Shown: positions 13,161 to 26,200, numbered from the stretch's first letter. The stretch is 64,000 nucleotides of DNA from Octopus sinensis (GCF_006345805.1 NC_042997.1:63798001-63862000); one strand, 5' to 3'. Translations and numbers: made by a program. The notes: generated from the sequence alone by a model not told the origin.

Positions 13161-13635
13161 GCGACGGGTGTCAGAAACGTTACTGCGCCGGGCTAAATTA
13201 TTAGCGGTATTTCATCTGCCGCTACGTTCTGAGTTCAAATTCCGGCAAGTTCGACTTTGCCTTTCATCCTTTCGAGGTCGATTAAATAAGTCCCAGTTAC
13301 GCACTGGGGTCGATATAATCGACATAATCCGTTTGTCCTTGTTTGTCATCTCTGTGTTTAGCCCCTTGTGGGTAATAAAGAAATAGGTATTTCGTCTGGC
13401 GCTACGTTCTGAGTTCAAATTCTACCGAGGTCAACTTTGCCTTTCATCCTTTCGGGGTCGATTAAATAAGTACCAGTTACGCACAGGGGTCGATTTAATC
13501 GACTTAATCTGTTTGTCTGACCTTGTTTGTCTCCTCTGTGTGTAGCCCCTTGTGGGCAGTAAAGAAATAGGTATTTCGTCTACCTTTACATTTTGTGTCC
13601 AAATTTCGCCTTTGCTTTTTATCCATTTCGGATCT
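13161..13635 (+). mobile_element. tRNA-derived SINE family 2: one head followed by tandem ~180-bp body units
   Basis: Units start with ggtatttc at 13206, 13386 and 13570 (last one partial). They carry a B-box gagttcaaattcc, a central gtcgactttgcctttcatcctttcggggtcgat and a tail ttgtgggtaataaagaaata. Confidence 0.85.
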
Positions 13636-13984
13636 ATACAATTTGACGTACGGATTATTTAATTAATTTTTTAAACTAAAAACTTTGAAACCTCCGGTAC
13701 TGGTAGAATGTGTCACATAGAACAGGGTTTACTCTTAACGTTTCTGAGAAAATTTTGTATTTTGTCAGTCTTTAGGTTCTGAGTTCAAACTCCGCCAAGG
13801 TCGACTTTGCCTTTCGTGAGAATTTGCAGAGTGACAATGGACAAATTCATGTTTGATAAGTGCCAATACACGAAACTCTCAGTTTTGACTTACTATCTAA
13901 CTTCAGCCGATGATATATATTCATATTACATATTTGTGTAAAAAATCTCATCACGCAATCGAACCAATGAAAAAGCCTCTGCCT

Positions 13985-14039
13985 GGTCGCTTGACACGCT
14001 AAAAATAGCAGCCAATGTTTCCCCCTACCTAAATCACAC
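13985..14039 (+). repeat. Short dispersed repeat (gcttgac..gctagaaatagcagccaaatc...aaatcaca)
   Basis: Related copies at 16818-16848 (+) and 30024-30068 (-). Family unidentified. Confidence 0.55.
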
Positions 14040-14674
14040 GCCCATTGTATGTAATGTCCTTGATTATCCCTAAAAAGACGGTTTCCTGGAATGCCTTTGG
14101 TGATAGGTGTGCTGTATGAGGGTTGATTTGAGACTAAATAACAACAACATTACGGTAAATTTGTATATTAACACCCGCACGACTAAGAAGAAAAAAGATT
14201 TTTTGCGAGCAATCACGTGTCCTGACCTCCTAATATGCTGCGAATCCCTTATTTTGGTTCGGAAAAAGTGAGGGGTGGGTTCCCCCACAATCCCGGAATC
14301 ATTGGGATTTTTTCCGGCGAATGAATTCCTGTGACCTCTTAATGTTGCAAAATTAGGTTACTTAAGGTTAGCCTGGTAACTGATGGTTTTGGGGCTCTTG
14401 TTGTTTGTAACTTTTGGGGAGCCATGGTGTAACCAACAACATGGTAAAAATCCCTGCCGTGAATTTGGTGTGGATGGGTAATATCAAGTAATTCAATCAC
14501 AACATATATTTTAATAGAACATGAAATAATTGAAATATCTTTCTGTATTTTATAAGGTAAAATCTAAAATTATTAATTGACACATTATTAATTATCTTAT
14601 AACAGCAATGCCTTGAAAAATCATGCATTACATTGAAAAATGCGAGCAGGAAAAATAATGTTCTTACGATTATA

Positions 14675-15100
14675 AACCTAGAAAAGTACAGGACAGGTTA
14701 TTACACCTGTAAAAGAATAGGACATGCTATTACTTCTAGTAAAGTAAAGAATAAGAAACTTCTTAATTAAAATATTGCAGCTAAAATTAAAATTTGAATA
14801 TTGAAACATATCTTATTATAGTTTACAAATAACACTATTCTAATTTAAGTAGAATTTGGCTAATTTACTACCTTAAATACAGAAAAAAATGACTAATTAG
14901 GCAAACTTACAAATTAGCTGAACCATTTTGTACAATAAATTTAAAAGATGAGAACTGCAACGAGTGATAAATTAGAAGAACTGGCATTCTTTGCTGCAAT
15001 ATTTTAAGTAAAAAAGTTTCTTATTCTCTACTTTACTAGAAGTAATAGCATGCCCTATACTTTTACTGGCGTATTAACTTGTCCTGTAGTTTTCCAGGTT
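14675..15100. mobile_element. MITE with ~107-bp TIRs and TA target-site duplication (Tc1/mariner-type)
   Basis: 14675-14781 is the reverse complement of 14993-15100 with scattered substitutions. TA is present at 14673-14674 and 15101-15102, and the AT-rich interior is non-coding. Confidence 0.85.
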
Positions 15101-16569
15101 TAACATCTTTAGTATATTACTTTTCATGCTAGCATTTTTCCATGTAATTATAAATGTGTATACATAGTTTAACATAATTGGATGTTGTGTGAATTCTTAT
15201 TCAAGTAAAAGACTTTTTTAATTTTTCATTTCTGTATTTGTTATTGGTGCTCGTACATTTACTACGTATTCTTTGTCCTTGTTTATTCCAAGTTTTCCGT
15301 CTATCTTTTGACTGTATACATCACAAGTAAAACTCCATTTAAGGTAGAGTGCTAGTCTAGTATTCGTGCCGACAGAAACGGCAATACACAACCTCCAAAT
15401 CTGAGGTTTTCTATCCATTTTAGAATCAATATACATCTTTCAATATTTGTATACGATTATTTATCTATAGTATAAAATGCAATTCATATGGGAAATGCTT
15501 CTATGATTTGAATCCCACAGAGCTATTATGTGCCGTTCATACTCACAAACACAATAGTCATATTGCAGCATTTTCCCAATATGGTCCCGTAATTGATTCA
15601 ATAAAATACGTACTCTTGCTTCACTGCATCGCAAATCAAATACTAGTCACTTCATCTCCTAGTAATTTATCCACAATGCAACTAGTCAGAAAATTCAGTT
15701 CATACTAATGTAAAAATCGTCGTCCATCTGAGTTCAGTTCAATTTTCTCTTACTAAATTTCGCTCAAAATTCTTTGAACTACTTGTGACTCCAGTTGAAG
15801 TTGCTTGCCTGAAACGTACTTGCGAATTGACATTCTGAAACATGCAGGGATACTGCAGTGTAAGATATTTTGGTGTCATATTATTTATTAGTAAATTTGT
15901 AGAGCGTAGGACAAAAATGACTTTTGATATTCGTTGGGGCTCTTGGGCTCTGAATTTCAATCCACTGATGTCAACTCAGTGTCACATTATTTTGTAGTCG
16001 AGAAAAAAAAGAAGTATTTGTCCAGATTGATTGACAAAATTTTTAGAGTGTCGGATGCGATTTGTGTGGTATTGCGTTTTGAATTGTTGGTTGGTGCACT
16101 AGTCTTAGGAGTAGGCACACGTCGGTTTCGAGAGACCATGAATCTGCACCTGGAGAATTTGTGTTAGCTGGCACACATCACCAAGTTTAACAGCGCCTTC
16201 TGATACTTGTGTACTTTTAGTAATTGCCGCTTAGTTGCAGACAAGCATTCGAAGCAGAAATTCAGTTTGAAAATAACGTCTAGTGTTAAGGAACATGAAT
16301 AAATGAAAGGTCATAGGTGATCTCGTTCTCTTCTTGTCTATGCTGTAAAATAAAGAATTACTTGCTTAGAAAAAAATTGTCAGCTCAAAGCTATACCGGC
16401 GTCAAAGGAACTTCTTAACTGTTCATCCTTACCACAACACCTCTACTGACGTTCTGTTTTTAAATACAGCCGCGTTCGGTTTTGTCTTACATCCTTTTGA
16501 GGACAATGATGTAAGTAACAATAATTGTCTATTGAGTGAGATGCATAAATAGAGAGATTAAGGGAGAGA

Positions 16570-16613
<44 letters not shown>

Positions 16614-17169
16614 TGAAGAGAGTAGAAGAGAGAATACTGAATCTGAGAAAATGAAGAAAAGAAGAGAATCGCTGAGGGTTTAATGTCAGATTTGACAATA
16701 ATGGTCTAATATTGGCACACGATCAAAACCTTTTGCCAGAAGAAATATACTATTAAATCGGTCATTGTATTTCACTGTTACTTATATAGAACAAAAGAGG
16801 ATTCACCACAAAGTTAAGCGACCTGCTAGAAATAGCAGTCAAATCTTCGGCAAATCATGGCAGTGCAACAACATCTATTTATTTTGGGTTTTCTTTTCAG
16901 GGCATATACATTTAGAAAATTGTGATAAGCACACTGTATCTGAGCACATGATGGGACGGGTACGTCTGCAAGGCTAGTATTCCTAGATCGAAAATGGGAA
17001 GCTGGGTCTAATAAAAACACAAATCACAAAAGTCTACCGAAATTCTATCGATGTTGCTGCTATCACAATGCAATATATGAGAAAGTGGAAGATAAATGAA
17101 GAAAGGTGCCATTAGGTGGATACATATATACATACATACATTCATTACATCCATTCATACATATATATA

Positions 17170-17226
<57 letters not shown>

Positions 17227-17228
<2 letters not shown>

Positions 17229-17414
17229 ACCGTGACCGACCAGGATATCAGATGTTGCTACACATCGCTGGTCACAATGAGCTTCGCATTGTTTTTTTAG
17301 CCAGCAAATGACACCACCCCGCTGGCTAAGCGAGCAGGCCAACAGAAGAAAGAGTGAGAGAAAGTTGTAACGAAAGAGTACAGCAGGGATCACCCCCACC
17401 ACTGCCGGAAACTC
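17227..17414 (-). mobile_element. 3' portion of another SINE family (family 4)
   Basis: GC-richer island between (TA)n tracts. Its reverse complement (ccggcagtggtgg...caactttctctcactct...ggtcggtcacggtga) matches an octopus SINE tail I recall. No full second copy is present in the window. Confidence 0.55.
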
Positions 17415-17418
17415 TCTG

Positions 17419-17456
<38 letters not shown>

Positions 17457-17949
17457 TATACAAATAAATAACACATTATATGAAGTACAAAATGACAAGA
17501 TAGGAACAGCCAGTTAAATCGGACAGAATAAGAACAAGATAAGTAAGTATAAATGAGGGAATGCGTTAACTTTTTCAAGTTTATCTATGAAGGAAAGCGG
17601 GAAGGAAAAACTAATTAGTATTGAAAGGAAAAATTCGTTTCACTCTCTAACTCCAAATAAGGAGAAAGTGAGAGGAACATTGCTGAGAATCAGATAGATA
17701 GAAATTGTGATATAGAAATAGAGGGAATATGAGCAAGGAAGACGTGATTGAAAAGTAGAGATACCATGTAATATTCTACAGGTACAAAATGTGAAGGGAG
17801 AAATAACAATAGAAGGTAGAACTAGATAAAATGTCAGATGTTGCAGCAGAATGAATAATTGAGAGGAGGAAACGATAGGGATGGGGACAGAGGAAGAAAG
17901 GAATGTAGAATAGCATGGAAACAAATGGGAAGTGGCATTAGGAAGTGAT

Positions 17950-18144
17950 AGGTAAATTGATAGATTGATTGATAGATTGATAGATAGATAGATAGATAGA
18001 TAGATAGAGGGAAGAGAGATTGAGAGAGAGAGAGAGAGAGAGATAGGCAGAAAGAAATTAAAAACTGACACACAGACAGATAGCTAGCTACATAGGTAGA
18101 TAAATAAACAGACAGCCAAACAAATAGATAGATCGATAGATAGG

Positions 18145-18223
<79 letters not shown>

Positions 18224-18443
18224 ATAGATGGATCAATTGATAGAATGTGCGCCTGTGAGTGAGAGTGAGATATGTGCCTGAGTGCGAGTCAATTCTGATA
18301 GATACAAAGAAGTGTGTGTTTGTGTGCGTGTGTGTGTGTGCGTGTTTGTGTGATTGTGTGTGTTTGTGTCTGCGTAGAGAATAAACGGAGAATAGTATTA
18401 TCGCAGACATATAAAGATATTAAACAGATCGGGGGCTAATGAG

Positions 18444-18495
<52 letters not shown>

Positions 18496-18791
18496 TATAT
18501 GTGTGTGTGTGTGTGGTGTGTGTGGTGTGTGTGTGTGTGTGTGTGTATATATAGATAGATATAGATAGACAGATCGATAGATAGGTAGATAGATTGTTAA
18601 ATTAATAGATAAAGAAAAAAGACAGAATCAATGAACTATAAAAAATAAACAGAATAAAAACTAATGTAAGAGAGATGAAGGTATAGATAGAGAGAAGGAG
18701 AGGGAGGAAGAGTGAGAAACGAAAATAAGAAGACAAAAATATCCCGAGAAAGTGAGAAAGAGCGAAACAGAAAATCGTGTAAGGAGATATT

Positions 18792-18888
<97 letters not shown>

Positions 18889-18890
18889 AC
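17950..18890. repeat. (GATA)n, (GA)n, (TA)n and (TG)n microsatellite cluster
   Basis: Directly visible. It explains the YLSI-repeat ORFs. Confidence 0.95.
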
Positions 18891-19139
18891 AGACACATAT
18901 ATATAGAGAACATTGTTGAGAAAAGAGAAAGAGACGGAAATGCAAAAACAACACGCAGAGGTATCGAAACATCCAAGTTTCTATTTAAATAATGAAAATA
19001 TATTTGAATACTATTTCTCGAATAAATTGTTCATCTTTCCAAACAAATTTAGATTTAAAATGGTAAATAGAAGTATTAACTCGTGTTATATGCAATTCTC
19101 TTTCTCCACTTTTTATTGTATTATATTTTTCTTTTCACC

Positions 19140-19343
19140 TTCACAATATATCACTCATCGTTAGAATGTGTTTGCTACTCCCATTCATATTTCTACTCTT
19201 TCTCATTTTTATTCTCTGAATATTTCCGTCTCTCGTTCCACCACAAATATAGTCTTTCTCTAGTCTCTTTTAGTTTCTTTCATTATTTGTTTGTTTGTTT
19301 CTTTGTTTCTTTGTTTCTTTCTTCCTTTCATTCATTCATTCAT

Positions 19344-19375
<32 letters not shown>

Positions 19376-19434
19376 TTTTCTTTCTTTCTTTCTGTCTTTC
19401 TTTCTTTCTTTCTGTCTTTCTTTCTGTCTTTATT

Positions 19435-19466
<32 letters not shown>

Positions 19467-19606
19467 TCGGTCTCTCTTTTATATTTTCTTGCTCTCTTTC
19501 TTGTTTTCCTTGGAACTTCCGCTTTCTTCCTATTTTCCTTTATTAGTCTCTCCGTTAGTCTATCGGGTTCTCTCTTCCCATCTCTCTCTCTCTCTGTGCT
19601 TCAGCC

Positions 19607-19645
<39 letters not shown>

Positions 19646-20450
19646 CTCCCTCTCTCTCTGTATAGCTATCATTTTCTTTCTGTAATTTTTTATACGATTC
19701 TGTATGTCTCCACATTTCCCTATCACAATCGCCCCGATATTTTCCGTCTCTATTCTCATCCTGTGTTATCTTCTCTCTCACCTACTTCTTTCCTCCTATC
19801 TCGCTCTCATTATTTTCTCTCTATCATTGTCAACTCACCCTTCTATATTCTTTCCATTCTCACTAACCCAAAACTCTCCTTCAACTGCGTGCTTTCTGAC
19901 AACATAAAACTATTCAACCTACACATGTTCTGAACCCCTCCCTTCTCATTCATTCAATCTTTGTGTTTTCGACTTCAAACTGAAAACTATATGCAACATG
20001 TCTCTCTGCCTTCTTTTCTTTCACATTCTCTTGTGGTGTTTCTCTCCCACTTTCTCTCCTTCTTTGTATCTCTCTTCCTTTCTTTCCCCTTTTATCTCTC
20101 TCTCTTCTCTCGTTTCAATTTTCCGTTCATCTATCGCTTCTTTTTTCTTTCTTTCCCTTGTTTCTTTCTTCGTTTTTCATTCATTCATGTTTTAATTCCG
20201 TTCTGTGTATGTATGTATGTACCTTTCTTTCTTTCATTCTTTCTTCCTCCTTTTCTTCCAGTATTTATTAATTTCTCCCTTCTGTTCCAACTCTTATCGT
20301 CCACTCTTTCAACTTCCTCTTCAACCTAATCGCTCTCACTTTCTTTTTCATTGTTTAGTCCCCTCGCTCTTCCCTAGATTAAGTTATGTCTAACCTTCAC
20401 CTGTAATCCCCACCCCCACTTTGTCTCTTTTTTACCTCCTCTTCACCTTG
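19140..20450. repeat. Pyrimidine-rich low-complexity tract with (TTTC)n and (TC)n
   Basis: Directly visible. It explains the F/L/S-rich ORFs at 19083-20393. Confidence 0.92.
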
Positions 20451-21172
20451 CATATTATATGTATTATCAATGAGCGAGTGGGTATATGTGCGTGTTTGCA
20501 TGTGTATATACGTGTATGAACGAGTGAGAAAGAGAGACAGAGTGAGAGTATAAGGGTGTGCCTGCATGTGTGTGTGTGTGTGTGAGTGTGGTGTGTGTGT
20601 GAGAGAGAGAGAGAGAAAGACTGAGAGAGATAGTATGTGTGTGTGTGTATGTGTGTATGTTAAAATATACCTAGCGATCACATGGCTAAAATAGGCGGTG
20701 GGTTTAGGTATATGTTTATGTGGGTGAATGTATGTGTAAGCGAGAGTGAGCGAGAGAAAGAGGGGGAGGGACGGGACGAAAAAGAAAAAGAAAGTAAGAA
20801 AGAAACAAAAACAAGATAGAGATAATAAATAAAGTGAAAAAAGCAATTAAAATAAGAATAATAGCAATGATAAATTATGTTTTGACAATAATTACCGAAA
20901 ATAATAATAATTACTAAAAGGTATAACTTAAAAGTTTTTTTTTTTTAAATTGAATAATCGATCGATAATTTTATGATTATAATGATTGACTCACTGACAA
21001 ATAGACTATCCACTAATTTGAATGACAGACTGACACTGACTAAATCGACTTACTAAATCAACGAATAACAGAAAGAGAGAAAGAGAGAAAGAGAGAAAGA
21101 GAGACGGTGTTAACAAGCGGACAGATAAAGTAAGCCGAGTAAGAGAAACAAACGAATTTGTGCAACTGTTAG

Positions 21173-21457
21173 GTGAAAGAAAGCTTGATCGTAAAACGGA
21201 CCCAGTTGTCGGTGAAACAACAAACCAAGAGAGCGAACAAGTAGGAACAGGAACTTGTCACCAGCCATCAGAAAAGCTAATCGTCGTGCATAGTAAGCTG
21301 ACGCCCCCGTAGCTTTGCCAGAAAAAGTATAAAGTAGTCGATCAGCAGTGTTGCCCAGTCAAAGACGTTGTGGAATTCCAGACAGTTCGTTTTCAAGCCG
21401 AAGATAACAGACACTTCTAAGAAAGCAGATCATTGGGATTTGATCCTCATTATAAAG
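21173..21457 (+). other. Candidate exon, possibly 5' UTR or decayed coding sequence
   Basis: GC-richer unique island between repeats, with acceptor-like ctgttag|G and a good donor AAG|GTAGGT. Frame 21175-21420 has 82 codons with one internal TAG. No homology recognised. Confidence 0.25.
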
Positions 21458-21509
21458 GTAGGTATTATTGAGTAGTTGCAAGACACTTACGGAGAATACA
21501 TCACTATCG

Positions 21510-21513
21510 TTTA

Positions 21514-21587
<74 letters not shown>

Positions 21588-21708
21588 TATATATTATATA
21601 TATATTATATATATACATAAAATACAACATATATGTAATATACATTTTGTGCTTATTATTACTGATTACGAATTCGTTTCTATGTATGTATATGTATATA
21701 TATATATG

Positions 21709-21759
<51 letters not shown>

Positions 21760-21764
21760 TGTAT

Positions 21765-21817
<53 letters not shown>

Positions 21818-21870
21818 ATATATGTATATATATATACATATGTATATATATATATATATACATACATACA
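21510..21870. repeat. (TA)n microsatellite
   Basis: Directly visible. Confidence 0.95.
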
Positions 21871-22334
21871 TGCACACATCTTGTTCGTTTATCGAAAGTG
21901 AAAGTAAAACTAATATGCAGTTTTTATTGTAAGGTGTAATTCCGGCACCAGGTGTGTTTAACTACGTACAGACAATTAAGTCATAGAACACAAATGGACA
22001 ATATACGGAAGTATTTTATTTAATCGACAAATTACTAAATTCCTAATAATTTATATAATATAAATGGAATCATTTTCGGAATTTCCGAAAGTTGTTTGGA
22101 CTTTGCGCCTGATTAAACGATTAGTAAAGAACTACAGAGAGAAAAGTTACATTGTTGTTCTTGATTACACAGTATCTGCCAGTTACTTGTAAAACTTATG
22201 TTTTCTGATTCTGCAGTGCAGCAACAGTTGTGAAAGTAATTCTTGTTGTCGATGTTATTATTTGTGTCATTCAGCTTTTGATTTTACCTTTGTGTTAATA
22301 GTTAAAGACATCGTTGTTACTCTTTAGAATATAT

Positions 22335-22406
<72 letters not shown>

Positions 22407-23169
22407 ATTTGTTTCAATAATTCCTTTTTTTTTTCAAGAATTTATAGTTGCGTTGCTTTCTTCGTTAAATCTTACTTTATTGTACTTTACTATGTGCTGA
22501 AAAATGTGATGGTGTTCTAAGTTTTATTAAGATCATTGTACAGTTGAAGAAGTCCTTAAAGTATTCGTGTTATTTTCCACATTTATATCGTTGTTGTTGT
22601 TGCAGCTGGAAATTTTGTAATGCGTTTGTGAATTCTAAATTGTGTGACTTGTGTTTGCAATAGTTGTTAAATTCGTTAAGTTATACGCTTCTTTTTAAAA
22701 GTACCGTCGATATTATAACTGTCCCTATTGTTTTACTGTTATTTATTGTTCTTGTTAATATTGCTAATGCAGTTCTTACGTATTTCTTAAATTTTACATT
22801 TTTTATTTCTACAATTTTGGGATTGGAAAAGAAAAGAATATTTTGAAAAATATTAAATAAACCCATAAGAAATTATTTGAATAAAGTTTATTCTTTAATT
22901 TTTGCTTTGTTTTAGTTTCCCCGAAGATTTCGTGTTTGAATTTGATGTAATATTATTTGGCAATGATTACTGTTGATATCTATAAAGTTTTATTTTCTTT
23001 TATGTACGTTGTAGGTTTAAACAAGATTTTTTTAAGAGTGTGAAGAACAACTTGTGAATGAGAGTTGTTTGACTGTTTTAATAAAATAATGCATGTCTGC
23101 AAATTTACACACTAATAATTCGGTAAAAAGAGAAAAAAATAATCAGAAAATTCAAAAGAAACGAGTAAA

Positions 23170-23235
23170 ATGCCTGCCGATCAGGTCCGCGACACTGTTT
23201 TGCGTTTGATCGAAGTTGAATCAAGCTATTTCAAG
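23170..23235 (+). other. Candidate initiating coding exon (MPADQVRDTVLRLIEVESSYFK)
   Basis: AAAA-ATG context and a locally GC-richer stretch, followed by two possible donors (AAG|GTGAAT at 23236, GCC|GTAAGA at 23245). Protein not recognised. Confidence 0.2.
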
Positions 23236-23897
23236 GTGAATGCCGTAAGAAAATACTGAAAATCACAAAATCACTTTTACCATTTCCTGCACTATATAGA
23301 ATATATTCTTAACAGAACTAAATACAAAACCAGCATTAGAAAAATATTATTTTACTCGAAATGTAGAAAATATATATGGAACATTGATTTTTATTATCCA
23401 CTTAATCACACATAAATACACATTCTTTGAAAATAAGTATAGATACATAAATACATGCTTACATGTATACTTAAACACACACGCACACAAACATACACAC
23501 ACATGCGCGCACGCACGAACGTGCATTTTTACTTTCCATTTTCTCTCTTGCTCTTTATATACTTTTTCTCTCGCCTTGATAAATCTACGAAAGCATAGTC
23601 TCTTTTCTCTCTCTCATCCTATCTACCCTCCGCTTCCTAGTTTACATTCCCTTTTTCTCACACTTTCTATTCCTCTTCCTCCGAACCTCCCTTTCAATCT
23701 CTTAGAGTCTCTCACACGAGATTCTAGCTTTCCGTTCTGTCCTTCATTCACTCTGTAATTGCAATTTTTTACTCTCTTCTTTCATTCACGTTTCTAAATA
23801 TCATAAATATTAAGTTTACCAAACGTTCTCTCTCTCTCTATTTATTAATTAATTGCAGGCATTCAACATCTTTCAATTTCTATCTGAGTAATCCAAT

Positions 23898-24300
<403 letters not shown>

Positions 24301-25041
24301 ATGTATATGTGTCTATATATTTCTACCTTCCAGTGCAGTCTCTATATATAATACTTATGCATATAAACATACTTCTATATAAATATATATACGTACTTAA
24401 TACATACACGCACACACACACATACACGCTTGCTTACACAGTGATAGGTAAAATAGAAAGCTAGAAAGATGTATACATGTCCATGTAACTATCATCGATT
24501 GATTTACCTGCATACCTATTTACCACTCTAGCTACCTGACTGCCTACCTGTTACCTATAGAGCCACCTCACAACTGACTAAATATACTGATAGACAGCGA
24601 AGTATTTTACCTCAGGTGTTGAGTAAAATCGATAAATTCTATATATGTATATATATATATATATATATATACAAATATATAAACGCATACACATATACAC
24701 ACAGGCACGCGCACACATAAACACATATATATGTGGTAAGAACGAGTGTGTGCGTATGTGAGAGTGTGTGTGTGTGTGTGCGCGCGTGTGTGTAATCTCC
24801 CATAATATAATTGGACCAAAGAAAACAAAAGGATTATTACGGAAAGTTATTAAAGGAGACCACCAAAATAAAAGAATATATTTATAGTTTTCTCATTAGT
24901 AAAAAATATCAAAATTATTTTCAAATCGGAAAAATATGCGAGTATGTTTGGCCAATTACAAAAGTTCACTTCGCAACCATAATGTCCAGAGTTCATTCAC
25001 TGTATGAGTAATTTTCAGTAAAGATCTTTACTTTAAGACAG

Positions 25042-25094
<53 letters not shown>

Positions 25095-25188
25095 CACGTA
25101 TATATTTACACATACAAACACACAGACACGCACACTCACATATATATACGTATATATGTACATATATATATATATATATCTATATCTA

Positions 25189-25235
<47 letters not shown>

Positions 25236-25683
25236 GTGTGTATATATACATACAGGCACACGTGCACTTAATCCTATTTCAATGCAACATTGATTCGTCG
25301 GGTATTTTTTATAACACAAGTTTTACGAATTCAACGCACATACAGACATATGCATTCATGCACATATATCCATTCTTATAAACTGGTCTTCTTAAAGAAA
25401 AAAATAAAACATGAGAACATCTCTATAAAAGCTGATTAAATTTTCAGCGTGTAAGACTTGAGTGAGCTGAAATACCAGCACCGGGTTTTGCTGAAAGCTT
25501 TTCTTCATCCAGCTGTAAAATATAGTTACTGAGATCTCTTAATCTTTGAGTCAGCAAAACGCGAGTTCAAGCGTAAATTAAAAGCATTTTTCTATCTATC
25601 TCTCTACCAGTCTGGTTGTTTATCTATCTCTATATCTGTCATTATGCGTGTGTATATGTCTGTGTGTATGTATGTATATATGT

Positions 25684-25826
25684 GGAGAATTCACAAAAAA
25701 AAAGACGAAAACAAGTGGTGTAGATAACAAATAGATGTATAAGTATAACGTTCGGGAAATGAAAAAGTCTTTAACGTTTCGAGCCTACGCTCTTCCACCG
25801 AAAGAAACAAAGAGAGAAAATATGTT

Positions 25827-25830
<4 letters not shown>
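25684..25830 (-). mobile_element. Probable Penelope-like remnant containing a hammerhead-shaped fold with mutated core
   Basis: Minus strand 25805-25768 reads UCUUU-CGGUGGA-A-GAGC-GUAG-GCUC-GAAA-C-GUU-AAAGA. Confidence 0.45.
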
Positions 25831-25881
<51 letters not shown>

Positions 25882-26150
25882 ATACAATGCAGTATTGATA
25901 AAAATTTCTTCTATTGAGCATATGCATATAGATTCGAACAACATAGGATGAACACAAGCACTTGAGAGCAGAAATAAATCGCAATTCTTTGCCTCACGAA
26001 CGCAAAATAGAGCTTTTCTTTCCGATATCACCTGAATGATTGCATGGAGAAAATAAAAACGGAAAATGAAATATATATACACAATTATACATCATAAGCA
26101 TACTGATATAGAATAAGTGACTAAGTGAATAATATACATACATATATATA

Positions 26151-26200
<50 letters not shown>

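Noticed and set aside
15218-15436. Minus-strand ORF with FN3-like fragments (LYLKWS...EYVVNVRA)
   Set aside because: The spacing between motifs is too short for an FN3 domain and there are no convincing splice sites.
22074-22090. Palindrome tttcggaa-t-ttccgaaa containing a kappaB-like GGAATTTCC
   Set aside because: 8-bp-arm palindromes are expected by chance in 64 kb of AT-rich DNA, and there is no independent support.
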